This document shows positions 48,311 to 57,147 of a stretch of 64,000 nucleotides of DNA, one piece after another. The stretch is from Candidatus Wirthbacteria bacterium (lineage in GTDB: Bacteria > Patescibacteriota > CG2-30-54-11). Made by a program: the position numbers and the translations under genes. The first letter of the stretch is position 1; each line of letters opens with the position of its first letter. The DNA lies in assembly GCA_903889905.1 (NCBI GenBank), contig CAISZI010000005.1, forward strand, positions 9,376 through 73,375, in the 5' to 3' direction. Below the pieces are notes generated by a model. The model made no database searches. It saw only the letters and a list, made by a program, of their open reading frames with translations, and had not been told where the DNA came from.

Positions 48311-48967
48311 ATGGCAGCTTCGGTTTATGCCTTCTTTGGCATCCAGGGCTCCGGCAAAGGTACTCAAGCCAAGCTTTTGGCAGAAGAATTTTTGCTCAAA
48401 CACATCTCGATGGGCGATATGCTGCGGGAAATGGCGGCGTCCGGAAGTTTGCTTGGTCAAAACGTCAAAGAATTGATTGATGCTGGCAATTTGGTACCCA
48501 ACGAAATAATTGTTCAGGTTGCCGAGGAAAGACTGCAAAAACCTGATTGTATCCATGGGATCGTGCTGGACGGATTTATCCGTACCGACGTACAGGCAGT
48601 CGCAATCGATGCCATGTTGAAATCCATTGGTAAACCATTGACCGCAGCAGTCCTAATTGATTTGCCAGAAGCTGAAATTTTTAGTCGTCTGAATGATCGA
48701 CTCTCGTGTCCTGTGGATGGTTCTGTCTATAACTTAAAAACCGCTCCACCCAAACAGGCGGGGATTTGTGATCAGTGTGGTGCTAATCTCTTGCAACGTG
48801 CCGATGATATGGATACCGAATTCATCAAAACCCGCATTCAGCATTTTTATGATTCAACCGGCAAAGCAATCGAATATTTTCGTAGTCTTAATAAGTTAAT
48901 TTCTGTGAATGGGTGTCAACACATCGCAGCGGTTTATCGTGAATTGAAGAGTAAGCTGGGTTTATGA
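48311..48967 (+). CDS. adk: Adenylate kinase
   Basis: GSGKGTQA, HISMGDMLRE, LDGFIR, QRADD. Confidence 0.96.
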   Translation: MAASVYAFFGIQGSGKGTQAKLLAEEFLLKHISMGDMLREMAASGSLLGQNVKELIDAGNLVPNEIIVQVAEERLQKPDCIHGIVLDGFIRTDVQAVAIDAMLKSIGKPLTAAVLIDLPEAEIFSRLNDRLSCPVDGSVYNLKTAPPKQAGICDQCGANLLQRADDMDTEFIKTRIQHFYDSTGKAIEYFRSLNKLISVNGCQHIAAVYRELKSKLGL

Positions 48968-49707
48968 TCAATATTAAATCACCGTCCGAGTTGGAAGCTC
49001 TACGCGAGGCTGGCCAGATTCATCAGGAAGTTATGCATCAGTTGATCTTCTCGGCCAAAGCGGGTATTTCAACTGGGGAGCTCGATCATATCGCGGAAAC
49101 CAGTATTCGTGCTTTTGGTGCAAAAGCATCATTCAAAGGTTATAATGGTTTTCCTGCCTCTATTTGTACATCACTCAATAGTGAAGTTGTACACGGCATA
49201 CCGAGTCCAAAGCGTATTCTGCACTCCGGTGACTTACTCAAACTCGATCTGGGGGTTTTTTATCGTGACATGCATGCGGATGCTGGGAGAACTGTTGGAA
49301 TTGGCGAAATTGCCCCCAATCTGGTCAAATTGGCAAAAGTGACGGAAGAAGCTTTTTGGGTCGCAATCAAAAACATCAAGCCAGGCAATCAACTCAATCT
49401 AATCGGAAAAGCGATCGAATCAATTGTCAAACAACATGGGTTTTCAGTTGTACGGGATTTGATTGGACACGGAGTAGGGCACGACTTGCATGAGGATCCT
49501 GAAATACCGAATTTTTTCCGTCCCGACCAGAAAGTCAAATTAGAACAGGGGATGACCCTTGCGATCGAGCCGATGGTCAATTTGGGTTCCTGGAAAGTCA
49601 AGCAGCTCAAGGATGGTTGGACAATTGTATCGGTTGATGGTAGTGCTTCTGCTTATTATGAAAATACCGTTATTGTTACGGAAAATGGGTACGAAATTGT
49701 TACTTAA
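48964..49707 (+). CDS. map: Methionine aminopeptidase type I
   Basis: [26 protein letters not shown]. Confidence 0.97.
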   Translation: MINIKSPSELEALREAGQIHQEVMHQLIFSAKAGISTGELDHIAETSIRAFGAKASFKGYNGFPASICTSLNSEVVHGIPSPKRILHSGDLLKLDLGVFYRDMHADAGRTVGIGEIAPNLVKLAKVTEEAFWVAIKNIKPGNQLNLIGKAIESIVKQHGFSVVRDLIGHGVGHDLHEDPEIPNFFRPDQKVKLEQGMTLAIEPMVNLGSWKVKQLKDGWTIVSVDGSASAYYENTVIVTENGYEIVT

Positions 49708-49715
49708 AAAGATAC

Positions 49716-49744
49716 TTGCACTGCAATGGGCTTTCGGTTATAAT
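49716..49744 (+). promoter_or_regulatory. Internal promoter before infA-rpmJ-rpsM
   Basis: TTGCAC-17 bp-TATAAT. Confidence 0.6.
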
Positions 49745-49817
49745 TTCTGCGTTTGTCGAAAAACATCGGCATGGGTATCCCTATCACCTTTTTATAGTCT
49801 TAATATGCCGAGGGTGT

Positions 49818-50045
49818 ATGGCCGGGTCTAAAAAGGAAGCAGCGATTGAGGTGGAAGGGGTAGTTTTGGAGGCTCTTCCTAATGCAATGTTCAAAGTAGA
49901 TTGTGGTAATAATCACATTGTTTTAGCCCACATTTCTGGCAAAATCCGTAAGAATTTCATCCGCATTTTGCCAGGCGACAAAGTTAAACTTGAACTTACT
50001 CCGTATGATTTGACTCGTGGCCGAATTATCTTCCGTTTAAAATAA
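49818..50045 (+). CDS. infA: Translation initiation factor IF-1
   Basis: [30 protein letters not shown]; ATG at 49818. Confidence 0.97.
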   Translation: MAGSKKEAAIEVEGVVLEALPNAMFKVDCGNNHIVLAHISGKIRKNFIRILPGDKVKLELTPYDLTRGRIIFRLK

Positions 50046-50051
50046 GGTACT

Positions 50052-50168
50052 ATGAAAGTAAGAGCCTCAATCACCAAACGCTGTAAAGACTGCAAAGTGG
50101 TTATCCGCAAAGGTATCCGCTTCGTTATTTGCAAACGTAATCCTCGTCACAAACAACGTCAGGGTTAG
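50052..50168 (+). CDS. rpmJ: 50S ribosomal protein bL36 (not in the ORF track)
   Basis: Manual translation [38 protein letters not shown]. Confidence 0.97.
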   Translation: MKVRASITKRCKDCKVVIRKGIRFVICKRNPRHKQRQG

Positions 50169-50191
50169 TTTATTAGAAGGTAAATTAGTAG

Positions 50192-50578
50192 ATGGCTGTA
50201 CGTATTGCAGGTGTTTTGATTCCTGAACAGAAAAAAGTTAAGGTCGCCCTGACCTATATTTTTGGCATTGGACACACAACTTCCGGCAAAATCCTGGGTC
50301 GTGTTGGTATTGATCCCGAAAAGCGTACCCGCGAACTGGAAGAAATGGAAGTCCTGAAACTCAAGGAAGACATCGAAAAGCACTACCAGGTTGAAGGCGA
50401 CTTGCGTCGTGTGATTGGTCTTAATATCAAACGAATGAAAGAAGTGAATTGCTATCGCGGCATTCGCCACAAACAGGGTCTCCCGGTACATGGCCAGAGA
50501 ACCAAGACAAACGCGCGCACCAAACGGGGCCGCCGGGTCTCCGCTGGTAGTGGCAAAAAGAAACTTACCAAAGTATAG
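50192..50578 (+). CDS. rpsM: 30S ribosomal protein uS13
   Basis: [28 protein letters not shown]. Confidence 0.98.
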   Translation: MAVRIAGVLIPEQKKVKVALTYIFGIGHTTSGKILGRVGIDPEKRTRELEEMEVLKLKEDIEKHYQVEGDLRRVIGLNIKRMKEVNCYRGIRHKQGLPVHGQRTKTNARTKRGRRVSAGSGKKKLTKV

Positions 50579-50607
50579 TCGATCAATTTTTTATAAAGTA
50601 TCAACAA

Positions 50608-51006
50608 ATGGCTGGTTCTACCAAGACAACTGTAACTAAAAAGAGAGTCAAAAAAGTCAGCTCACCGCTGGGCCGTTTATATGTTCAGTCAAGCCTGAAT
50701 AATACAATTGTCACCATCACCGATAATGAAGGCAATACCATATCGTGGGGATCGAGTGGTGCTGGTGGTTTCAAAGGCTCCCGGAAGTCAACGCCGTATG
50801 CAGGCCAAATCGCTGCGACGAAAGCCGCCGAAGTTGCATTAGAGCGTGGGCTCAAGGAAGTTTCCGTCTTTCTTAAGGGAATTGGTGCCGGACGTGAGTC
50901 AGCTGTCCGTGCCGTTCGTGCAGCCGGGTTGGCTGTCAATTCCATCGCTGATGTTACACCTGTTCCACACAATGGCTGCCGCCCCAAAAAGGCTCGCCGC
51001 GTTTAA
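50608..51006 (+). CDS. rpsK: 30S ribosomal protein uS11
   Basis: [33 protein letters not shown]. Confidence 0.98.
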   Translation: MAGSTKTTVTKKRVKKVSSPLGRLYVQSSLNNTIVTITDNEGNTISWGSSGAGGFKGSRKSTPYAGQIAATKAAEVALERGLKEVSVFLKGIGAGRESAVRAVRAAGLAVNSIADVTPVPHNGCRPKKARRV

Positions 51007-51028
51007 CCAAGTTGGAGGATAGAAATTC

Positions 51029-51652
51029 ATGGCAAGATATTTAGGTGGTGTTTGCAAGCTGTGTCGTCGTGAAGGGGAAAAGCTATTTTTGAAGGGCGAT
51101 CGCTGCTTTACCAGCAAATGCGGTATTGAAAAGCGTAATTTTCCCCCGGGTCAGCATACACGCCGCGTCAGACCTTCTGACTTTGGTTTGCAGCTCAGGG
51201 AGAAACAGAAAGCCAAGCGGATTTATGGTGTTTTGGAAAAACAATTTAAAGGCTACTATAGCAAAGCTGCGCGTGCCAAAGGTGTTACGGGCACCAAAAT
51301 GCTTGAAATGCTTGAGTGCCGTTTGGATAACATCGTCTATCGTTTGGGTTGGGGGTCGTCACGTAATTTGTCCCGCCAGATGATTTCCCATGGCCACATC
51401 AAGGTGAATGATGAAGTTGTCAGCACAGCTTCATTCCAGGCTCGCCCTGGAGATAAAATCACATTAGTTTCCCAAGAGGGAAAAGATATGGCGACGCTGT
51501 TTGCTGCCAAACAAAAGCATAAAGTTCCAGCTTGGCTATCTGAAGCCAAAGTAGGTAATAAATTATCGAGTGAAGTCCTGAGGATGCCCGCACGCGATGA
51601 AATTGAAGCCTCCGTTCACGAGCAATTAATTGTTGAGTATTATTCTCGGTAG
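51029..51652 (+). CDS. rpsD: 30S ribosomal protein uS4
   Basis: CKLCRREG, QLREKQK, RLDNIVYRLG, IVEYYSR. Confidence 0.98.
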   Translation: MARYLGGVCKLCRREGEKLFLKGDRCFTSKCGIEKRNFPPGQHTRRVRPSDFGLQLREKQKAKRIYGVLEKQFKGYYSKAARAKGVTGTKMLEMLECRLDNIVYRLGWGSSRNLSRQMISHGHIKVNDEVVSTASFQARPGDKITLVSQEGKDMATLFAAKQKHKVPAWLSEAKVGNKLSSEVLRMPARDEIEASVHEQLIVEYYSR

Positions 51653-51681
51653 ACTTTTACCGGTATCAAGGAGGAAATAGC

Positions 51682-52659
51682 GTGCAATCATCCATTCTTC
51701 CCAAGCTTAAAATTGCCAGTGAATCCAAGGACTTTGGCATTTTTGAAATTGAGCCATTGGAAAATACTTATGGCATTACAGTCGGTAATTCTTTGCGCCG
51801 TGCGCTGCTTTCGGCAATTCCTGGCATTGCCATAACTTCCATCCGGATCAAAGGAATCATGCATGAATTCTCGACTATTGATGGCATGCGTGAAGATGTC
51901 CTTGATTTCATCCTCAACGTCAAACAGATCCGCTTGAAAAAGCTTCAGGATTTTGACAAATCAGTGACATTGACTTTGACGCACAAGGGTGAAGGTACAC
52001 TTACAGCCAAAGACATTGAATGTCCCTCTGAAGTCGAAATTGTCAACAAAGATCTTTATCTCACCAAAATTTCCGACAAAAAAACCATCTTTGAAGCTGA
52101 ATTCGTTGTCGAAGAAGGTCGTGGTTACTGGTCGGTTGAAGATCGCCAACTTGCCCGCAAGAAAGCAGTTGATTTTATTCCAGTTGATGCGCTGTTTACG
52201 CCTGTAACAAAAGTTAATTTCCGGGTTGAGCCTACCCGTGTCGGCCAGTCCAGCGATTATGACAAATTAATCATTGAATTGGGTACGGATGGTAGTCTTG
52301 CTCCCATCAAGGCGATCAATCTGGCCGCAGCCATCCTGGTTGAACATTTTTCATTGTTTGTGAATGAAAAAAATTACAAACCTGAAATTTTGGATTTGTC
52401 AGAAGACTCAGCTGGTGAGGCTAACCTGCAGATTGCTGCCCCGGCAGCTCATTTGCCGGTCGATATGACGATCGAGGATCTGGGACTTTCGACACGCGTT
52501 CTCAACAGTTTACATGCAGCCAATATTAATACGGTAACTGAGCTCATTGAGTGCAATGCTGAAGATTTGACTAAACTGAAGAATTTTGGTCAAAAATCAT
52601 TGCGCGAAATCGAGGAACAACTCAATGAACGTCATTTAAGTCTGAAGAAAGGAGAGTAG
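51682..52659 (+). CDS. rpoA: RNA polymerase alpha subunit (GTG start)
   Basis: EPLE..YGITVGNSLRRALLS, HEFSTI, NFGQKSL. Confidence 0.98.
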   Translation: MQSSILPKLKIASESKDFGIFEIEPLENTYGITVGNSLRRALLSAIPGIAITSIRIKGIMHEFSTIDGMREDVLDFILNVKQIRLKKLQDFDKSVTLTLTHKGEGTLTAKDIECPSEVEIVNKDLYLTKISDKKTIFEAEFVVEEGRGYWSVEDRQLARKKAVDFIPVDALFTPVTKVNFRVEPTRVGQSSDYDKLIIELGTDGSLAPIKAINLAAAILVEHFSLFVNEKNYKPEILDLSEDSAGEANLQIAAPAAHLPVDMTIEDLGLSTRVLNSLHAANINTVTELIECNAEDLTKLKNFGQKSLREIEEQLNERHLSLKKGE

Positions 52660-52665
52660 GGGGTA

Positions 52666-53031
52666 ATGAAGCACCAAATGAGTCAGCGTAAATTAGGTCG
52701 GACAGCCAAGCATCGCATGGCTATGCTCAAGAATCTTGCTATTTCAGTGTTTTTGTATGAAAAAGTTGATACAACCGAACCGAAATCCAAGGAAGTTCGT
52801 AAAATTGTTGAAACTTTGATCACCAAAGCCAAAGATAATTCATTGCATTCCAGAAGGCAGATAATGTCGTATCTAAGCAACAATGAAATAGCTACTAAGA
52901 AGATTTTTGAGGTCCTGGTACCAAGATTTCAAAATCGCCCAGGCGGTTATACACGCTTGGTCAAAACAGGGTTTCGGGATGGCGACAATGCGCCTACCGC
53001 TCAACTTAGTTTAATTACGGACGAAAAGTAG
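52666..53031 (+). CDS. rplQ: 50S ribosomal protein bL17
   Basis: RKLGRTAKHR, RPGGYTR, RDGDNA. Confidence 0.97.
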   Translation: MKHQMSQRKLGRTAKHRMAMLKNLAISVFLYEKVDTTEPKSKEVRKIVETLITKAKDNSLHSRRQIMSYLSNNEIATKKIFEVLVPRFQNRPGGYTRLVKTGFRDGDNAPTAQLSLITDEK

Positions 53032-53032
53032 C

Positions 53033-53440
53033 ATGACAGTTAAAACTCAACACGATCATCAAATGTCCCAGAAACGGGAAAAGCATACATTAGATGCAAC
53101 AGGCGTCTCCCTTGGACGTTTGGCGTCTGAAGTTGCTAAGCACCTGATGGGTAAGCACAAAATAACCTTCAGCTACCATGTCGATTCTGGAGACCATGTT
53201 ATGGTCACCAATATTCAGGCCGTACGCGTAACCGGTACGAAGCCTACTGACAAGATCTATTACCACCACAGCGAATTCATGGGTGGCCTGAAGCAGATTG
53301 ATTACAAGACACTAGCCATTAAAAAACCTGGTGAAGCGTTGCGACTTGCCGTCAAGGGTATGTTACCCCGGACCAAGTTAGGTACTGATATGCTTAGACG
53401 GCTTAAAATTCAGAGTGGGGAAGTGTCCTCCAGTAAATAG
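53033..53440 (+). CDS. rplM: 50S ribosomal protein uL13
   Basis: LGRLAS, LMGKHK, YYHHS, AVKGMLP. Confidence 0.97.
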   Translation: MTVKTQHDHQMSQKREKHTLDATGVSLGRLASEVAKHLMGKHKITFSYHVDSGDHVMVTNIQAVRVTGTKPTDKIYYHHSEFMGGLKQIDYKTLAIKKPGEALRLAVKGMLPRTKLGTDMLRRLKIQSGEVSSSK

Positions 53441-53469
53441 TATATTTTCAAAATAGGATTAGCACCGCC

Positions 53470-53886
53470 ATGAAGGATCTTAAACCAACCAGCAAGAGAA
53501 CTTACTATCCCGGGTTAGGCAGACGTAAATCAGCCGTTGCACGGGTTCGTTTACACATGGGTGGAACGGGCAAAATGACGGTTAATGAACGTCCGATTGA
53601 AGAATATATTAATATTCAGCACTTACGTCAGGAAACACTCTTGCCACTAGATCTGGTTGGTCAATTGAGTGCCTACGATGTCACTGTCAAGGTTGTTGGT
53701 GGTGGTTACCATGCTCAGACTATTGCGATTCAATTGGGCATTGCCCGTGCATTGCTTCAGGCTGATGAGGGATTTCGCAAAGTTTTGCGCGGCAATCAGT
53801 TGCTGACGACGGATGCCCGGGTCAAGGAACGTAAAAAACCAGGTCTTGTTAAAGCCCGCAAAGCCAAACAGTATACCAAACGTTAA
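53470..53886 (+). CDS. rpsI: 30S ribosomal protein uS9
   Basis: GRRKSAVARV, GIARAL, KERKKPGL..QYTKR. Confidence 0.98.
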   Translation: MKDLKPTSKRTYYPGLGRRKSAVARVRLHMGGTGKMTVNERPIEEYINIQHLRQETLLPLDLVGQLSAYDVTVKVVGGGYHAQTIAIQLGIARALLQADEGFRKVLRGNQLLTTDARVKERKKPGLVKARKAKQYTKR

Positions 53887-53903
53887 TTTTCTCGTTTCAA
53901 AAT

Positions 53904-53930
53904 AAGCCCTGAGAAATCGGGGCTTTTTTT
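53904..53930 (+). terminator. Rho-independent terminator ending the ribosomal superoperon
   Basis: AAGCCCTGA-GAAA-TCGGGGCTT-T run. Confidence 0.85.
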
Positions 53931-53987
53931 GAAAGTCTTTCGACTTGCAGATACTGGCATCGCAACGTAAAATAGCTGTTGTGTTTG

Positions 53988-54063
53988 GCCCCCATCGTCT
54001 AGTGGCCTAGGACGCGGCCCTCTCAAGGCTGAAACAGGGGTTCGATTCCCCTTGGGGGCGCCA
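53988..54063 (+). tRNA. tRNA-Glu (anticodon CTC)
   Basis: Acceptor GCCCCCA/TGGGGGC, anticodon loop CT-CTC-AA, GGTTCGATTCC T-arm, encoded CCA; promoter TTGCAG..TAAAAT upstream. Confidence 0.96.
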
Positions 54064-54243
54064 TAAAGCTTGACTTGGTGAATCTGTGAACCTTAGTCAA
54101 ACTTATCGCTGCAAGACCGTATTCGGGCTGGAAGGGATCTTTCGCTCCAGATAGTCTGCTCAACGCAGAAGAGCTACGAATGGCAGGCCATAAAGGTTGA
54201 CTTAATGAGTCCGCAAATTTAGTCGAATTGATAAAGATTTTAT

Positions 54244-54274
54244 AAGACTTAAGCAGAGATGCCTAAGTTTTTTT
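54244..54274. terminator. Terminator-like hairpin between the tRNA locus and the convergent ORF
   Basis: AAGACTTAAGCA-GAGA-TGCCTAAGTTTT-TTT. Confidence 0.55.
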
Positions 54275-54281
54275 GTATGAG

Positions 54282-54578
54282 TTATGAATCGGAAGGAATT
54301 TGGCTGTACTGAATGCCCTGCATAGCCTTTTTGAGGTCCATGTCTGTGGTCATTCGGTCAAGCATGTCTTTGAAGGATTTGAAGCCACTCAGGGGCATTG
54401 CAATGCGTGTGTGGACATAAATGGTCGCATTGTTGCTGGGATCTTCAACACCAAACGAAAATATCACACTTTCATTGTTTAATGTTGCCAAAATGCGTGT
54501 GGCGAAACGTGGAGCGTCGGTTGGCATGACAAAATTCTGTGAAACTGGTTTGACGGGAGAGTCAGATCCATTGGCCAT
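54282..54578 (-). CDS. Small hypothetical protein, DUF3467-like
   Basis: FAT..LA..NNESVIFSFG...HTRIAMP...KSF pattern; 98 aa. Confidence 0.5.
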   Translation of the reverse strand: MANGSDSPVKPVSQNFVMPTDAPRFATRILATLNNESVIFSFGVEDPSNNATIYVHTRIAMPLSGFKSFKDMLDRMTTDMDLKKAMQGIQYSQIPSDS

Positions 54579-54648
54579 AGGTAATCCTGATTAATAATAT
54601 AAGAAACAATGAATTCGCATAATGTCGTAAAAGATATATTGTGCGACG

Positions 54649-55797
54649 TTAAGCTGTTGCTTGACCAGACATGATGTTAATCCTCTGGTTTTGGCTGATT
54701 AGTCGCTCCCAGGGAAATTCGGTTCGACCAAAGTGGCCATAACACGCAGTTTGGGTGTAAATGGGTTGGCGCAGATCAAAATAATCAATAATTTCATGTA
54801 CAGACAAATCCAGCAGATCAAAGGCAAATTTTTCTAGCTCCCATGAACTGATTTTTGCTGTTCCAAAGGTTTCAATTGACTTAGTAATGGGTTCTTTTTG
54901 ACCAATAACGTATGCAATCTGAACCTCACAGCGGTCAGCCAGTCCTTTGGCGACAACATTTTTGGCAATAAAACGGGCGGCGTAGGCTGCACTGCGGTCG
55001 ACTTTGGTTGGATCTTTGCCGGAAAAAGCGCCTCCCCCATGTCTTCCCATCGCGCCATAGGTATCGACGATGGTTTTGCGGCCAGTCATGCCACTATCTG
55101 CCGTTGGACCATGAATGACCCAGGGGCCGGCACCGTTGACCACAATCTGCGCATGTTTGGAAGATATTTGATGGTTATTTAAGACTGGTTCAATGACTTG
55201 TTTTTGTAAGTCTGCTGTTAATTGAGCCTGGGTTATTCCCGGCGCATGAGGAACTGCAATAACAATTCTTTCGATCGAACTGGGATGATTGTAGTCATAT
55301 TTGACGACCGTTTCGGTTTTGCCATCGGGTCTCAAGTACGGAATGGCTTGGTTCTGTCTGGCCTGATCCATGCCTTGTGCCAGCGCGTGGGAAATCATAA
55401 TGGGGAGTGGCATAAGCTGAGGCGTTTCGTTACAGGCATAGCCAAACATCATGCCCTGGTCGCCGGCGCCGCCCTGGTCTACCCCACCACCGATTTCGGC
55501 AGATTGTTTGGTCAAAAGCAGTTGGATTTCACAGTTACTATGAAATTCGGTCGTGTTGTCCAGATAACCAATGTCTTTTATTTTTTGGCGAGCAACCTGG
55601 TCAAAATCAACGTCCGCGTTGGTCGTGATCTCGCCCATGATGATCAGGGATTTACTTTTGACCATACAATCTACCGCAACTCTAGCCTTGGGATCTTTGG
55701 CCAGAATTGCGTCCAAAATCGCATCAGAAATCTGGTCGCAGACTTTGTCCGGATGCCCGTTGGATACCGATTCCGAGGAAAAGTATCGGTAATTCAT
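54649..55797 (-). CDS. metK: S-adenosylmethionine synthetase
   Basis: SESV..GHPDK, GAGDQG, RPDGK, GGGAFSGKDPTKVDRSAAY; ATG at 55797 after GGAG. Confidence 0.97.
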   Translation of the reverse strand: MNYRYFSSESVSNGHPDKVCDQISDAILDAILAKDPKARVAVDCMVKSKSLIIMGEITTNADVDFDQVARQKIKDIGYLDNTTEFHSNCEIQLLLTKQSAEIGGGVDQGGAGDQGMMFGYACNETPQLMPLPIMISHALAQGMDQARQNQAIPYLRPDGKTETVVKYDYNHPSSIERIVIAVPHAPGITQAQLTADLQKQVIEPVLNNHQISSKHAQIVVNGAGPWVIHGPTADSGMTGRKTIVDTYGAMGRHGGGAFSGKDPTKVDRSAAYAARFIAKNVVAKGLADRCEVQIAYVIGQKEPITKSIETFGTAKISSWELEKFAFDLLDLSVHEIIDYFDLRQPIYTQTACYGHFGRTEFPWERLISQNQRINIMSGQATA

Positions 55798-55944
55798 ATT
55801 CAACTCCAAAAAAAATGAACCAAACATACAAATGTCGGGCTCATTTGTTGGCTGCACTTTAAGCTGAAAACATTAAATCGTCAAGACCCGCTTCCCGTGA
55901 GCCTGCGACTAAGGTAGTATGTCATTATATTATGGGAGGAAATT

Positions 55945-57144
55945 ATGTACCAACCAAATGCAAATATTTTAACTAAATATGGCAATTTACTCGTTAATTT
56001 TGCCCTCAATAGTGGCAAAGGAGTCAAAAAGGACGAGGTCGTCATGGTTTCGATTCCCGATGTGGCCAAACCCTTGCTTGGACCACTGCAAAAGGCGATC
56101 TTGCTGGCTGGCGGTCATCCGCTCATCCGAATGTATCCCACTGGTATTGCAAGCGATTTTTTTAGCTTAGCGCAGGACTTTCAACTGGAATTTTTCCCCC
56201 AGAAGTATGAAAAAGCGCGCGTCGAACTGATCCATCACAGTATCCATATTATCGCCGAACCGGATCCTCTGGAGTTGAAGAAAATCGATCCACGTAAAAT
56301 CATTCTGCACCGTAATTCCCGGAACAAGGTAATGGATTGGCTGACGACAAAAGAAAATGCAGGTAATTACACCTGGACACTGGCTGCCTTTGCAACCGAA
56401 GGCATGGCCGCGCAGGCCGGGTTAACTTTAAGGCAGTACTGGACGCAGATCATCAAAGGTTGCTATCTGGATAGCACGGATCCGATTGCGGAATGGCAAG
56501 GCATTTTCAAAGAACAGGAACGCCTCAAGGTTAAGCTGGACGGAATGGAGATTGAACAAGTGCATGTGGAATCCAAAAGCATTGATTTGTGGGTCAAAAT
56601 CGGCAGAAACAGGGCATGGAATGGTGGAACCGGGCGCAATATCCCGAGCTTTGAAATCTTCACCAGTCCGGATTGGCGCGGCACACATGGATTTATTCAT
56701 TTTAACCAGCCGCTTTATCGTTATGGCAACTTGATCAAGGGAATTTATTTGGAGTTCAAAGACGGGAAAGTTGTTGCGGCCAGTGCCGACCAAGGCAATA
56801 AACTACTGCAGGAAATGCTCAAGAGCAAAAACGCCAATAAACTGGGCGAATTTTCACTCACCGACCATCGTTATTCACGCATAGAAAAATTCATGGCCGA
56901 TACTCTCTTTGACGAAAATATCGGCGGTAGATACGGCAACATGCACGTCGCGATCGGGCGTGCCTATCGGGACTGTTTCAAAGGCGATCCAGCGCAGATC
57001 AGCGAAAACGAGTGGGATAAAATGGGTTACAATAATTCACCCGAGCACACGGATATCATCACCACCGAAGATCGCACTGTGACGGCATATTTGCCTAATC
57101 AGCGAATTAAAGTCATCTATCGGGATGGCAAATTTCTGGTCTGA
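55945..57144 (+). CDS. M29-family (AmpS/aminopeptidase T-like) metalloaminopeptidase
   Basis: NIPSFEIFTSPD, LGEFSL, TLFDEN, HVAIG..Y, GYNNS..HTD. Confidence 0.9.
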   Translation: MYQPNANILTKYGNLLVNFALNSGKGVKKDEVVMVSIPDVAKPLLGPLQKAILLAGGHPLIRMYPTGIASDFFSLAQDFQLEFFPQKYEKARVELIHHSIHIIAEPDPLELKKIDPRKIILHRNSRNKVMDWLTTKENAGNYTWTLAAFATEGMAAQAGLTLRQYWTQIIKGCYLDSTDPIAEWQGIFKEQERLKVKLDGMEIEQVHVESKSIDLWVKIGRNRAWNGGTGRNIPSFEIFTSPDWRGTHGFIHFNQPLYRYGNLIKGIYLEFKDGKVVAASADQGNKLLQEMLKSKNANKLGEFSLTDHRYSRIEKFMADTLFDENIGGRYGNMHVAIGRAYRDCFKGDPAQISENEWDKMGYNNSPEHTDIITTEDRTVTAYLPNQRIKVIYRDGKFLV

Positions 57145-57147
57145 CGA

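Noticed and set aside
38080-53886. Apparently lower GC in the S10-spc-alpha block than in rpoBC
   Set aside because: Only a visual impression, not computed; these are core genes and there are no mobility signals.
54064-54190. HDV-like (theta) ribozyme or second tRNA after tRNA-Glu
   Set aside because: CGAATGGCAG resembles J4/2-P2, but I could not build P1/P3/L3. There is no TTCRA loop or acceptor stem for a tRNA.
22403-55857. N-terminal extensions implied by ORF-track starts of amrS (22403), rplD (38612), infA (49716) and metK (55857)
   Set aside because: They overlap upstream genes or promoters; downstream ATGs give normal-length proteins.
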